The notes under the pieces are model-generated. The model worked only from the letters and a program-made list of their open reading frames with translations, was not told where the DNA came from and searched no databases. From contig OY740781.1 of NCBI GenBank assembly GCA_963514005.1, forward strand, positions 99,386,001 through 99,450,000: DNA of 64,000 nucleotides, written 5' to 3'. The translations under genes and the position numbers were made by a program. Origin of the DNA: Raja brachyura. Lineage: Eukaryota. This document shows, in pieces, positions 45,621 through 60,160 of this stretch. Each line of letters starts with the position of its first letter. Within the stretch, counting starts at the first letter, position 1.

Positions 45621-48600
45621 CATGTCTATGACTAATTATGATTCTGGATTATTCTCTCAGCCCTTTAGTGATAATTTATTGCAGCCAAATTCTTATGTTT
45701 CCAAATTTATGGTAGCGACTACACTTCAAATGCAGTTAATTGCTTGCAGAGCTCTTGGGAATGGCCTTAAATTGTGAAGGGTATATTATAATGAGGCAAA
45801 TCTTTCTGAGGAGAAGCTGATTTCTGTACCCTTCTGGAATCACAGTGCTGATGACAGTTTCAAAGATCAATGAGAAAGTGAACAGTTTGTAAAAACTATC
45901 TGGGGAGAGCCAATTAACTCAAATGGTACGAAGAACTTTTGCTAAAGTGAATCAGAAATTATGCACATGATGAAAAGCATAACCAGAAGCCTTCAAACTA
46001 ACAGTCTTTAGACCTTGGGCTTTAGACCTTAAAGATACAGCTCGGAAACAGGCCCTTTGGCCACCTGACCAGCCATCACCCCATACGCCAGGACTATATG
46101 ACACACACTAGGGACAATTTTTATCGAAGCTAATTAACCTGTAAACCTGCACATCTTTGGAGTGTGGGAGGAAACCGGAGCATGCTGAAAAAATCCATGC
46201 AGTCACAGGAAGAATGTACAAACTCCATACAGGCAACAGCCTTAGACAGGATTGAACCCGGGTCTCTGGACCTGTAAGGCAGCGACTCTATCTTTGTACC
46301 ACATTGCCACCCTATTACCAAAGTCACCGAAAACAAATCTCAAAGTTGAATTCAGATGAAATTTCTTTATCGAAAGAAGGATGAGAGTTTGTTACTGGTT
46401 GCTGTGGGGAATGGTTCGTAACAATTAGTGTAGATAGGTTAAAGTGAAGGCTGGATAAACATGAACGAGATGAGAATAAAGAGATATCTTGATGGATTTA
46501 GATGACAAAACACAGGAGGAGGCTTCAGCAAGGCATCAATGTCAGTAGGAACTGGCTAGGCCTTGTGGTCTGTTTCTGTGTCATTTATCCTCAATAATCC
46601 TCTGCAATTATTTTAATTAGATTAAAAACGACAAGATATCAAAAGTAGTCAAATGGTGCAAATTTAGCAACAACATGAAAAACGTGTCATTTTCTCATTT
46701 CAACATGTAAATTGTGGTCAGATTGATTTTTTTTTATTGCTTAATTGTCTAAAATGGACCGTGTGAATTTTCATTCCTTGTGTTAGATGCAGATGGCATC
46801 AGCTTTGATTAAAACAAGTTTATTCCTAATTGAGATTAAAATATAATTCAATGGACAGATAGAGAATTAATTAAGGATGGATAGAGAATTAATTAAACCC
46901 AGTCCAGATTTATAAAAGACAAGTCATGTCTGACAAGTTTAATAAATTCCTTTGAGAAAATAACAGAATGGATTGAGGAAGAAATGAAATAAGTTTCTAC
47001 TGAATAGTTTTTTTGTAATTTCATAAGTGTGACTGAGGTGACTTGTTGGTAAACTAAAAGCACATGGCTCAAAACGTAGAGGGAATGTGGCTTCCTGGAG
47101 GACAACAGAGAATTAAGGTCCATGATGTTTCTTGAGCTAAAGAGATGGAAGTAGTCAGAGTTCTCCAGAGTTGGTATTCTGATCACCACTTTTCTCAAAC
47201 TACACAGGCAATCTGGATATGCTCTTGAAAAGCACAACATTAACATTTTCTGTTGATAGATAAAAAGATTGCAAACTGGAAATTTAGAACATGGAATACA
47301 GCAAAGTAACAGGCCGTTCAGCCAATGATGTCTGTGCAGAACACGATGCCAACTTTAAATAATCTCTTCTGCCTGCAAATGATCGACATCACTTCATTTC
47401 CTGTATAACTATGTGCCTGTGGATAGTGAAGTGAATAAATAATGTAAGAAGAATATATGTGTCAAGTTATATTGCATTATAATTGTTTGTTTATTGAGTA
47501 TGTGTGTATGTGTATATATACACACTGAACTTTTATTTTTCTCCCGTTATGTACAATGTTTACATATTCTGTTGTGTTGCAGCAAGTAAGAATTTAATTG
47601 TTCTATCTGGGACATATGACAATAAAACACTCTTGACTCTTGCCTTTTTGAAGATGTAGATAAAGGATAAAGAAATAAACAAGATTGCTGGTTTGGAGGC
47701 TTGTTTGGCCTTCTTCAAGTGGTTTGTGATTCCAAGATTCAGCTTTGGTCTCACTGCAATAAGGCTTCAGGAGTGGAATTCAAACACACACATGTTGGAA
47801 CATTGCATGATCACTGTGTGAGACAGAAGAGAATCAGGGTACCTTTGTTTAATGAAAAACACATTGCCAATAAAATGATGTCATTAATCTAATCATATCC
47901 TACCTGTCATTTTCTTATGTACCAATAAGGGCTGGCCCCAGCAGGAAAAGCTTTGGAATCACTGAGCTGAATTAATTTGAAAATTTAACCCTAAGCCACG
48001 TAGAGTTACAAACCAATCCTAACAATGTTAATCCAGCTCTCCGATACCATTAGCCCCACCAACTCAGCCCTGATAATGTTATCAGCATACTTTATCAGTT
48101 ACCTTACTGTGATATTCATGATTCAATTAATATGCATGGACTTTTCCAAAAGTATTAATTTTACTCTACTTCCTTGGATAACTATGTATATGATTAGTGA
48201 AATTGATTTAAGAAACCTTTAATTTTGAAATGGTTTTGCATCGATACCACATCCATATTCTTATTATAATAAAGATATTGGGGTTCATTCCTTAAAATGG
48301 GAATGGCTACTAGTGGAAAAGCTGAAGATGCATCCACCGTATCGTTTGTTAAATATACTTCATTAATCAGCTTGAAAAAAACAATGCAATTTTTCATTTG
48401 TAAATCCCACTCATTAGTTGTTAAGCAGAAGTTTTGTTATGTTATCTGTCTAACAATGGAAGAAGCAGCATGCATGCAGCCACTAATGAGGTATTTCTGA
48501 TGCTCAGCTCCAAATTTAAACAGTTTGATGAATATTACGAGACTATTTGTTTCTAAATCCTGCATATCATTTATTTCATTCTACACCTCAGCTGATTGCA

Positions 48601-51600
48601 CAGAAATACATTAAAAGGGTTCAGTTTCAAGGATTCATTCTCAAAGAACGGAACAATATTCATTATTTTTGATTTTCAATAATAACCTCCTTTAAGGATA
48701 CAGTAGCCTGCACATGAATGTCATTCTATATATTTGTTATTAATATTTGTTCTTTGCACCAAGGACACGATAAAAACAAATTTTATGGTCTTGTATATTA
48801 AAATGATCATAAATTCATTATAACAATTAAAAAAATTAAAATCTGTATTTATAGAATAGCTTTAATGTTAGAAAAACAATTCCCAATTTCCTTTATACAT
48901 AGGGATTTGGACACTTGGCACTAAGGTAAAAGACAAGGATTGAGAGAACCTTTTGTATTGACAAGGTTTTTAAAGAAGCTGTGACATTTAGATGTTGAAA
49001 TGCAAATTATCCGACCAGAGAAGGGGAAGCCTCACCGTTTTTTCCTTTTCATCTTCATGGGATAGGGAAATATATACTGTATTGGGGGAATGGAAAGTTC
49101 AGGAGAAATAAAGGTTTGATTAGATTGGAGAGATGCAATGGAGGAGACCCATGAAGGGACCTAAAGATGAAGCAATGATTACACTTATGGCATTGGGTGT
49201 AGAAACCCAATATTACGTTATGACATTGTTGGCACCTAAAATTTGGTGCCCCAGTATTGTTTTGTACTGTATTAACTTCTAATAAAATAAACAAAACAAA
49301 AATAAAGGGAAAAAAAGAAACCCACAAGATGTGAGGAAAGACAGCCTGAGAGATAAATAAATGTTATTCAGTTCAGTTCCATTGACTCCACAGATTACAT
49401 CCACATTGTCAGTACAGTGAATGTTCCTTACTTGAGCAATGTATTCCACCTTTTACTTCAGTTTACTTTAGAGATACAGCGTGGAAGCTGGCCCTTCGGC
49501 CCACCGAGTCCGCGCCAACCAGCAATCACCCTACACTGGCACTATCCTGCACACTAGTGACAATTTACAATTTACAGAAGCCAATTAACCTACAAACCTG
49601 CATGCCGTTGGAGTGTGGGAGGAAGCCGGAGCACACGAGGAAAACCCACATGGTCACAGGGAGAACATACAAACTCCATGCAGACAGCAGCCATAGTCCG
49701 GATTGAATCCAGGTCTCTGGCATTGTAAGGCAGCCACTCTACCGCTGTGCCACTGTGTTGCCCTTCTCTCAGCAAATTGGGTTTTAACAATCAATGTGAA
49801 GACTACATTAAACAACATTAACAGACTAAATTATTTGTATAGTTTATAAAATCATGCATGATACAGATCATGTAAATAGCCACATTCCAGGGTCGGGATG
49901 TTTAATACTAGAGGGTGTGTGTTTAGGGTGAGAAGGGATTAATTTCAAAACTGTCTGAGTCATAGAGGCATGGAGTCATACAGCATGGAAATAGGCCCTT
50001 TGGCCCGAGGACCACGCCAATTAACTTGTCCCACCTACACCAGTTCCCTCTGCCTATGTTTGACCCATATGCCTCTAAACCTGTCCTACCCAAGTACCTG
50101 TCTAAATATTTCTTAAACCTTGTGAAAGCACCTTCTTTACACAGAGGGCAGCTGGTATGTGGAACGAGTTGCCAGAAAAGTATTTGAGGCAGGTACTATA
50201 ACAATGGTAAGAAGAGATTTGGATGGATACATGGATAGGAAACCATATGGATCTACCCCAGGCAAATGGGACAAGCTTGGCTTCTTGGTTGGCATGGACG
50301 AGATGTGCAAAAGGCCGTGTTTCCATCCTGATTTACCCTAGGACTCCATAACCAGGTAGCAGCTGGCATACTTATATCACAGGAAACTGTGGATAACAAG
50401 GTTGTCAGACTGACTTGTACACTAAAAGTGACCATGGATCAAGACAGGGAGAGCCGCGGCTGGTCTGCAGCTGAGGCCCAGGTCATTCCAGACTTTCCTC
50501 AGCCGTGCGGTGATGCTGCATCTCACAGGCCGTTGATAGGGAGGGAGTTGCTGAGCGGCAGCGGCAGCAGCAGCACTGGTCCAATGAAGCTGGAGGAATC
50601 TGCTTCGAGGGACTGTCATCGCATTGTACTGAGATCATTGATAGAGTGGACATCTCATGCACATCTCATTTCCTTCTATCAATAGAGTCCCCAAACCCCT
50701 TTAATACCACAGCCAACTTAAACAGACCGAAAGATGATTTGCCCTTAACTTTGCAAGACAATGTTAATCCACATCAAAGGGTTGGTTCAACAGTGGTGGT
50801 TATAGCTGGGATGCTGATGAAAGTTGGTCACTTATGGGAGAACTCCTCTCTCCCACACTATCCTCGCACATCGCTGACTCCTCTCCCACCCCCCACCCCC
50901 CACCCCCCTCCTTTTCGGTCAGTCACCTCCATATACCCTCATTGCCTAGTGGCCATACTTGGTAAGATTTCTTGATGTATAAACAGAGAAAGTCAGCTAA
51001 GAGCATCCTGCGAGTGGAGTTTATGACCTGAGCAACCTACTTCTGAACCCAGACAGACGGCAGAAGCTGGCGGCAGCAGAAGGAGGAAGAGCAAGTCTTT
51101 TGCATTCTTCCAGCTGTGGGGGTCATTGGAATCTGATAACATGTGATGTTGATACATTTCCTTTGTATCGAAAGGATGCTTCACTTCCCCACATTGCCTA
51201 ATCTTGGCAGCTGGGTGGAAACTGGCTTCCAAGTAACGTGAGGATGACTGTGAATACATGCTGTGTGGTGCCTCAATGAAGGACTGTCGAGGGTGTCATA
51301 AGATCGTAAGTGATAGGAGCCGAATTAGGCCATTCGGCCCATCAAGTGTACACCGCCATTCAATCGCGGCTGATCTATCTCTCCCTCCTAATCCCATTCT
51401 CCTGCCTTCTCCCCGATCCGAAAAGCCACCTATCCATGTTCCTCAGAGATGCTGCCTGACACATTGAATTACTCCAGCACTGTGTCCATTTGTCCGACTA
51501 TCCCAATGCCAACCTGAAGCTTGGTAGCCTCACAGGATCAAAGGCATGACTTAAGGATGGCCTAGGGCAGCAGGAGTGGTATCTGCTGCTGGAAGAGTGG

Positions 51601-53744
51601 GCAGTGATCTTTGTGCTGTGCTGCCCCAATTACAAACCAGCGCTGCATGAAGAACCAGCTTTGTTTACAATGATTAGAAGGAGCCAGCTGCTGATGGAGA
51701 ATGTGCAGGCCAGCACGGGGGCACTCAGCAGCACTTCACCCCCTGCAGCAGTTGGCATGTCTAGTTGAAGCTCGTGGAGACAAGGAAATGAGGAGAGAAA
51801 AAGCTCATTTATGCCTTCAGGATGTTCTAAAATGATTCACAGTGATGAATTACATTTGAGCTGTGGCAGACAAGAAATGTCTGCGCAGCAAGTTTCCACA
51901 GACAGATAGATAAATGGGCATCTAATCTGCTTTTGTGATATCGGTTTAAGGATGATTTAGTTTTAGTTTTTAGTTTTATAGTTTTAGAGATACAGTGCGG
52001 AAACAGGCATTTTGGCCCACCAAGTCCGCGCCGACCAACTATCCCTGCACATTAACACCACCCTCCACACACTAGGGACAATTTGCAATGATACCAAGCC
52101 AATTAACCTACAAACCTGTAAATCTTTGGAGTGTGGGAGAAAACCGGGGATCGGGGATCTCGGAGAAAACCCACACAGGTCACGGGGAGAACGTACAAAC
52201 TCCATACAAGCACCCATAGTCGGGATCGAACCCAGGTCCCTGGTGCTGCAAGGCAGAAACTCTACCGCTGTGCCACCATGCCACCCATGTTGCTCATGAA
52301 ATTGGGAGTATTTCTGAAAATACTGTTAAGATGGGTTTTCATGTTTAGTCTGAATAATCTCCTCATAATGTAGCACTGAGTCAGTAAGGTGATGCACCTT
52401 ATATTCTCCTATATTCTATTCAGAGAGAAATTATTAAAGCAAATTTGAATTATCATATTGTAGGTGTTGGGATATGAACTCTGATTCTCTGGATTATCTT
52501 TTCAAACATTTAGATTCACAGTCCACAAACATAAATTTTGAGGCACTGCAAAATATCGCTTCTCAACTCATGGATAGTGAGAAGCTCCTGGCCTTTGGAA
52601 AGATGGAGCCAAAAAGTTAAAGGGATAAAACCTATTTTGACCCTATGTAGCAGTCTTCCTCTGGGAGCCAATCCCTGCACTATGGGAAGTCCCAGAGAGA
52701 TGGCCCTCAGTAGCCCTTTGACAACCAGTGTCCACGCACAACATCATCACCTTGGGGAATGGGATTGAGAGGGAGAGATAAGTCAGCCATGATTGAATGG
52801 TGGAGTAGACTCAATGGGCTGAATGGCTTAATTCTGCTCCTATGCTTTTGAACTTAAGAACATATGAACTTTCCCCCCCACCCCCCAGCCCTTTTCCTTC
52901 TGACAAAGGGTGATCACCTTCCAGCGTGATCAGGGCCATCATAACATATGATGAGTATTTGACGGCACTGGGCCTGTACATTCAAACGTACAAAATAGTA
53001 AAAAGCTTTGACAGAGTGGATGTGGAGAGGATGTTTCCACTAGTGGGACAGTCTAAGACTAGAGATTATAGCCTCAGAATTAAAGGGTGCTCTTTTAGGA
53101 AGGAGATTAGGAGGAATTTTTTTAATCAGAGGATGGTGAATCTGTGGAATTATTTGCCTTAGAAGGCTGTGGAGGCCACGTCACTGGATATATTTAAGGC
53201 AGACATAGATCGATTCTTGATTAGTACAGGTGACATAGATTATGGGAAGAAGGCAGGAGAATGAGGTTGGGAGGGAGAGATTGATCAGCCATGATGGGCC
53301 TAATGGCCTAATTCTGCTTCCATCACTTATGATTAAACATTGCTGAACAACTTTGACAACCTTCAGGAGTACAGGGGACATTAATTTTTAAAAGAAGAGC
53401 CTCGTCAAGAAAAGTTGTTGCAAAATCGATTTAAAATTATATTTTTTGAAAAGCTAGTTGCACTCCTCACACTGAGAATTGATTAAAAGCATTGGCAGTG
53501 ACATTAATTAAAACATAGTTGCTCATCTTTTCTCCAGGAACTGATGTCTCTCACTCCTTTTAGTTTTAGCTTACTTCAGAGACACAGCGTGGACGCAGAC
53601 CCTTCAGTCCAAGGGACCGCGCCGACCTGTGATCACCCTTACACTAGTTCTATTCTACTCACTAGGCACAATTTACAGAAGCCAATTAACCTACAAACCT
53701 GTACATCTTATGAATGTGGGAGGAAACAGGAGTCATAGCGTCAT

Positions 53745-54830
53745 AGAGTCTTAGACTGATACAGTGTGGAAACAGGCCCTTCGGCCCAACTTGCCCATAC
53801 CAGCCATCACGTCCCAGCTACACTAGTCCCACCTGCTCGTGTTTGGTCCATTTACCTCAAAACCTGTCATATCTATGTACTTTAACTACTTCTTGAAGAT
53901 TGTGATAGTCCCAGCCTCAACTACCTCCTCTGGCAGCTTGTTCCATACACCCACCACCCTTTGTGTGAAAAAGTTACCCCTTAGATTCCTATTAAATCTT
54001 TTCCCTTCACCTTAAACCAATGTCCTCATGTCCTCGATTCACGTACTCTGGGCAAGAGACTGTGCATCTACCCAATCTATTCCTCACATGATTTTATACA
54101 CCTCTATAAGATCACCCCTTATCCTCCTGTGCTCCAGAGAATAGAGTCCCAGCCTTCTCATCCTTTCCCTATAGCTCACACTCTCTAGTCTTGGCAACTT
54201 CCTCGTAAATCTTCTCTGAACCCTTTCAAGCTTGACAACATCTTTCCTATAACATGGTGCCCAGAACTGAACACAATACTCTAAATGCAGTCTCATCAAC
54301 ATCTTATACAACTGCAACATGATCTCCCAACTTCTATATTCAATACTCTGACTGATGCAGGCCAATGTACCAAAAGCCTTTTTGACCACCTTACCCACCT
54401 GTGACTCGACCTTCAAGGAACCATGCGCCAGCACTCCTAGATCCCTCTGCTCTACAACACTCCCCAGACCTCAACCATTCACTGTGTAGGTCCTGCCCAT
54501 GTTCGACTTCCCAAAATGCAACACCTCGCGTTTCTCTGTATAAAATTCCATCAACCATTCCTCAGCCCATCTGGCCAATCGATCAAGATCCTGCTGTAAT
54601 TTTTAACAACCATCATCATTATCTGAATAACCTGCCACTTTTGTATCATCAGCAAACTTGCTAATCTTGCCATGTATGTTCTCATCCAAATCAGTGATAT
54701 AGATAACAAATAGTAACAAGCCCAGCACTGGAACATGAGGCACACCACTAGTCACAGGCCTCCAGTCCGAGAAACAACCTTCCAGCATCAGCCTCTGCTT
54801 CCTTCCACGAAACCAATTTTATGTCCATTT
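53745..54830 (-). mobile_element. CR1 RT and 3' end (same subfamily as 41795-42855)
   Basis: ORFs 54603..54788 and 54084..54434 with KFADDTK and LEYCVQFW. Confidence 0.9.
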
Positions 54831-54845
54831 CTCTGAGCACTAAGA

Positions 54846-55262
54846 GAAAACCCATGTGGTCACAGGGAGAATGTACAAACTCAGCACAGTGGTGCAGTTG
54901 TTGAGTTGCTGCCTTACAGCACCAGAGACCCGTGTTCGATCCTGACTATGGGTGCTGTCTGTACGGAGTTTCTACATTCTCTCAATGACCGCGTGGGTTT
55001 TCACTGGGTGATCTTGTTTCCACCCACACCCCAAAGAGGTTTGTAGGTTAATTGGCTTCAGTAAATATTGTATATTATCCCTAGTGTGTAGTGTGTTTGC
55101 GGCGTGGACTTGGTGGGCCGAAGGGGCTATTTCCAGCTGTATCTCTAAACTAAATTAAACTAAACTAAACTCCTTACAGACAGCACCTGAGGTCAGGATT
55201 AAACCCAGGTCTTTGGCACTGTAAAGCAACAACTGTAAGGCAACATACTGTGCCACCATGGC
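54846..55262. mobile_element. V-SINE (+, 54883-55166) nested in an opposite-strand V-SINE
   Basis: aaactc is duplicated at 54877 and 55167, and the flanks join into one minus-strand copy. Confidence 0.8.
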
Positions 55263-55587
55263 ACCTTTGTAGGTCACCTGCTGTGCTAGTATCAAGGCTA
55301 TCCCCACACAGGCTTAACAGGCAGATTTCCCAGCTTGGGAGCTGAGAGGAGACCAGTGGAAATTCATCTTCTCTGGCAGCTCATTCCATGCACCCAACAC
55401 GTTTTGCGTGAAAATGTTACCCCTCAGGTTCCTATAAATCTTTCCCCCCTCACCTTAAACCTATGTCCTCTGGTTCTAGATTCCCCTACACAAGGGGATA
55501 GGGAGTAGATGGCATTGCATATAAAGGCAATAGGCCTTTTTAGGTCAATGAACCAACACCCAGTATAATGGAAATGTCCAATACTTG

Positions 55588-57211
55588 CTGTCTATGTTTC
55601 TTACGGCAGTAGATGAAAAAGAACTGTTGGACATTGTTAAAACATATAAAAACAAAATGTCTACTGATTTCAACGACATTGACATGTCGTTAGTTAAGAT
55701 GGTCATTGAGGGGATTTCCAAACCTCTAACATTTATTTGTAATTTATCTTTCCATACCGGTATTTTTCCAATCAAAATGAAAATAGCAAAAGTCATACCA
55801 ATATACAAAACTGGGAACATGCATTATTTCTCAAAGTACAGACCTGTTTCTTTACTCCGTCAATTCTCCAAAATACTAGAAAAAATGTTCAACAATAGAC
55901 TAGACATATTTGTAGAAAAGCATCACTGAAAGTCAATATGGATTCAGATCAAACAGATCAACATCACTTGCAATAATAGAATCAATTGAAGATATCATAA
56001 ACGCTATTGACAATAAACTATATGCAGCTGGGATATTTATTGATATAAAAAAAGCATTTGATACGATCAATCATGATATCTTATTTAAAAAAATAGAAAG
56101 GTATGGCATCAGAAGTCTAGTACTGGATTGGATAAAAAGCTATTTAAGTAACAGACAACAGTTTGTGAAGCTGGGCAGCTACAGTTCTACATGTTTGTAC
56201 ATTGCTTGTGGTGTCCCCCAGGGGTCAGTGTTGGGTCCAAAACTATTCATCATGTATATAAATGACATTTGTAATGTGTCCAATGCCTTGAGGCTGGTCT
56301 TGTTCGCAGATGACACAAATATTTTTTGTTCTGGGGAGAATTTAAAACAACTACTGGACAAAATAACAAAAGAAATGGGCAAACTGAAAACATGGTTTGA
56401 CAGGAACAAAATATCATTAAACTTGAGCAAAACCAAAATAATGTCATTTGGTAATTGCAGAACAAATACACAAGCGAATATAAAGATAAATGGGGTTGAA
56501 ATTGAACGAGTTCATGAAAATAAATTTCTTGGGATTATAATGGATGATAGAATCTGCTGGAAATCACACATTAAACATGTACAATTCAAACTGTCAAAAA
56601 GCATTTCTGTATTACACAAAGTTAAGCAGGTTCTGGATCACAAATCACTCCGCATTCTCTACTGTTCACTAATCTTACCCCACTTAAATTACTGTGCAGA
56701 AGTCTGGGGCAATAACTATAAAAGTTCACTACATTCATTAACTATTTTGCAAAAAAGAGCAAAACGCATTATTCACAATGTCAGGTATCTGGATCACACT
56801 AATTCATTATTCTTACAGTCAAAATTATTAAAATTAGCAGATTTGATTGCATTTAAAACAGCACAGATAATGTTTACGGCCAAAAATAAAAAGTTACCTG
56901 GAAATATAGAAAAATTATTCAATGAGCGAGTGGGGGGTTATAATTTAAGAAGAATATTTAATTTTAAGGTACAAAGAGTCCGCACGACCAGAAAAACTTT
57001 TTGTATTTCGGTCTGTGGAGTGGGATTGTGGAACAGTTTGAATGTGGAGTGAAAGCAATGTCCAAACATAAACCAGTTGAAAATGACATACAAAAAACCT
57101 TTTTTCACAAGATACAGGGATGAAGGGGATGGTTGACAAACAGGGGTTAATGTTTATTTATTTATGTTTTTGGTTACTTCATACATATTACTTGTATGTG
57201 TTTATCAGTTG

Positions 57212-57275
<64 letters not shown>

Positions 57276-57689
57276 TGTACGCATCTCTAAAAATTGTCTG
57301 GGGTACGTCTACGGTTAAATTGTATCTCAAATAAATAATTAGCTATTGTAGATTATATATTGTGTATTATGTTACATATTACATTGCTATTGCTACATTA
57401 CCATTATTATTATTATAAGCAATGTTATTAATATTGGTGATAATAATAATTATTAATTAATTAAGTATTAAATATGGAAGAAGGGTTTAGGGAGAAGGGG
57501 TGAGATTAAATAAGTTATTCTTCTTCTCACTCCTTTTCAAGCTTGTAAAGAAAAAGTGTTGGACATTTAAATTTTGCTTTATGCTTTTCATTGCTTTGCA
57601 AATATTGCCTGGAATGTCCAATTGTTTGACTATTTCGATTTTGTTGTTGTTATTTATTCCTATTTATGTCTTTACTTGTTTGGAACAAA

Positions 57690-57720
<31 letters not shown>

Positions 57721-57733
57721 ATAGATAAATAAA
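55588..57733 (+). mobile_element. 5'-truncated AT-rich LINE (Crack/L2-group-like) RT with two frameshifts, long 3' UTR and (aata)n tail
   Basis: KIAKVIPIYK, YRPVSLL, QYGFR, IDIKKAFDTINH, GVPQGSVLGP and LFADDT. Frameshifts at about 55925 and 57050. Confidence 0.88.
57217..57271. repeat. (TA)n microsatellite
   Basis: Perfect TA run within the LINE 3' UTR. Confidence 0.97.
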
Positions 57734-57751
57734 ACAGAAGATTGAGGCCAG

Positions 57752-58845
57752 TGTAGCGGCCCCAAATGTGGTGAATAAACAGTTGCTTTATTTAGACATA
57801 ATAGGTTTGAAATACATACACATTTGGTCCTCTAACATATTATCATTACTGCTGCAGCTGCGCGAGGGTGTTGGCTCGAGCTCAGCTACCTGCCGAGGGG
57901 TGCGAGGAGACCATTGCAAAAGCCGCCGGATGGACGAGACACAGCTCGCATCTCATTGTCCAGCAGGGGACTGTGTCCTGAGAAATACAGCACCCAGCAA
58001 CGTCTGGGAGACATTGGCCACAATATAAACCAAAGAAATAAGAAGAAACTAATTGCTAAACCCGGCGAGGTCATTACAGTGTAAAAAAGTGAAAAGAAAC
58101 ATAACAAACTACAGTGAGCAAATAACTGCAAAGTGGTAGGAAAGTAAAAGTGCAAATTATCCAATGTCCCTGGTGCAGGATGGCGCAGGAATCCAATGTC
58201 CGATGAGAAGCTGTGCTGGAAAACTGGAGGTTGTAGTGGGACCATCCGACCTGACATGGCGTTGTTGCTGGCGGTCAGGCTGCAGAGACACCATCTGACC
58301 TGAGGTGGCGCTGTCGGCAGTGGTTGGGCTCTAGCGACAGCATCCGGCTGGAATGTGGTGCTGTTGACGGCGGTCAGAGCAGGTCAAGCGTTGCTTCCGG
58401 CTGTTTGCAGTCGCTGTAGTGGCCATGTAGTAGTAGGCCGTGGCGCCCATTTTGGCGGCCGGCTGTGGCAGCCGTTAAAGGCAGCCAACCGAGGCAATTC
58501 CCAGTAGGGCCAGGTTGGCGGCAGCGTCGTTGAGCAGGGCTGGGCTGTCGGCTGCAAACATCAGGTCTCCCGAGGCTGCGTGTGTCGGGAGAAATCCAAA
58601 ATCCCAATTTGGATCATTGTGTGTCACCAATGTAGCGGCACCAAACATGGTTTATAAACAGTTGCTTTATTCTGACATAATAGGTTCAAAATAAATACAC
58701 GCTTGGTCCTCTAAAATATTGTCGTTACTGCTGCAGTTGAGCGAGGGTGTTATCTTGAGCTCAGCTACCTGTCGATTCTGATGATCTCCTGGTGAGATCT
58801 GCTTATGTAGCCGGGCACTCCCCTTACTTAGCCCATGATGTCACA
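57752..58845 (-). mobile_element. Internally deleted, non-coding LTR (Gypsy-like) element
   Basis: Direct repeats start tgtagcggc at 57752 and 58631. On the minus strand the LTR end ...ccgctaca is followed by PBS-like TTGGTGACAC. The right boundary could extend to 58906. Confidence 0.75.
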
Positions 58846-59642
58846 TGACTGCCCTCGTAACCACTGATGAGGGTTTGACCGTAAGTGGTCTGACCATCAG
58901 CTGACACCTCACCAGCTCCAAAGGGCACAACACTTGCTGGATGTCCTGACATCAGTACAAGCATTCATCTTTTTTTTAGTGTTGTATTGTATCTCCTCTG
59001 GTCTCTCCTCATCCTCTCTCAATAGCTTTCCTGACAATCTCCTTAGTAACTCTTCCCTCACTTCCACCATCTCCTTTGACTCCAAACCTTGAACATTTGA
59101 CTTCACTCTCCATCTTCCCACTTCCCAGATTCTCCTTTAATCTTCCCACTCCCAATCTGAAGCACAACATACCGCTTTCAATAACCCCCACGCACCTCGG
59201 TGCAAAGAGACCATTGTCCAATATATTATTTCCAATGCTTCGACAATACTCCCCTCCCGTGGATAATCTTTGTGTTAAGACTTAATCTTGTGTGCTCAGC
59301 TGGTCTATTATTCCACAAGAAGTAATGGAGATGAAACTAATCCTCTTCACAGGAACATCCTTTGATGTCCTGTATCCAACAGTGATCAAAAGAGAATCCT
59401 TTACTGGCGCTATTCATAAGTTAACCCTGGAGTGCTAAATCGTGTAGTTCCCCTTCTACGTCTCGACAGATGCAGGGCCTATTGTCTCACATGTGTTTGC
59501 ATCACAATTGAAAGGGCAAACATCAAGTGATTTAGAGATGAAGCAATGCAATTGTTTCTCAGTTATACTTAAATTTATGCACAAACATTTTCCTGTAAAT
59601 TAGCCTAAATTTTCCAACAATTAATTATTGAATGCAGTGGGA

Positions 59643-60160
59643 GTATTGAGGGAGTGCAGCATAGGTTCACCAGGTTAATTCCCGGGATGGCGGGACTGTT
59701 GTAAGATGAAAGAATGGGTCAACTGGGCTTGTATTCGCTGGATTTTAGAAGGATGAGAGGGAATCTTATAAGAACATATAAAATTCTGATTGAGGATTGG
59801 ACAGTGTAGATGCAGGAAAAATTGTCCCGATGTTGGGGGAGTCCAGAATCAGGGGTCACAGTTTATGAATAAGGGGTAGGCCATTTAGGACTGAGATGAG
59901 GAAAAACCTTTTCACCAAGAGAGTGGTGAGTCTGTGGAATTCTCTGCCACAGAAGGCAGAGGAGGCCAATTCATTGGATGTTTTCAAGAGAGAGTTAGAT
60001 TTAGCTCTTAAGGCTAATGGAATCAAGGGATATCAAGGGAAGAGAAAAGGCCGTAACGGGGTATTGATTTTGGATGGTCAGCCATGATCATATTGAATGG
60101 TGATGTTAGCTGAAGGGCCGAATGGTCTACTCCTGCACCTACTTTCTATGTTTCTATGTT
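59643..60160 (+). mobile_element. CR1 3' fragment
   Basis: RKNLFTKRVVSLWNSLPQ peptide and (tttctatg)n tail. Confidence 0.85.

Noticed and set aside
58860-58890. CTGATGA hammerhead-like motif next to the LTR
   Set aside because: The second core reads GTAA rather than GAAA, with no helix III/UH site.
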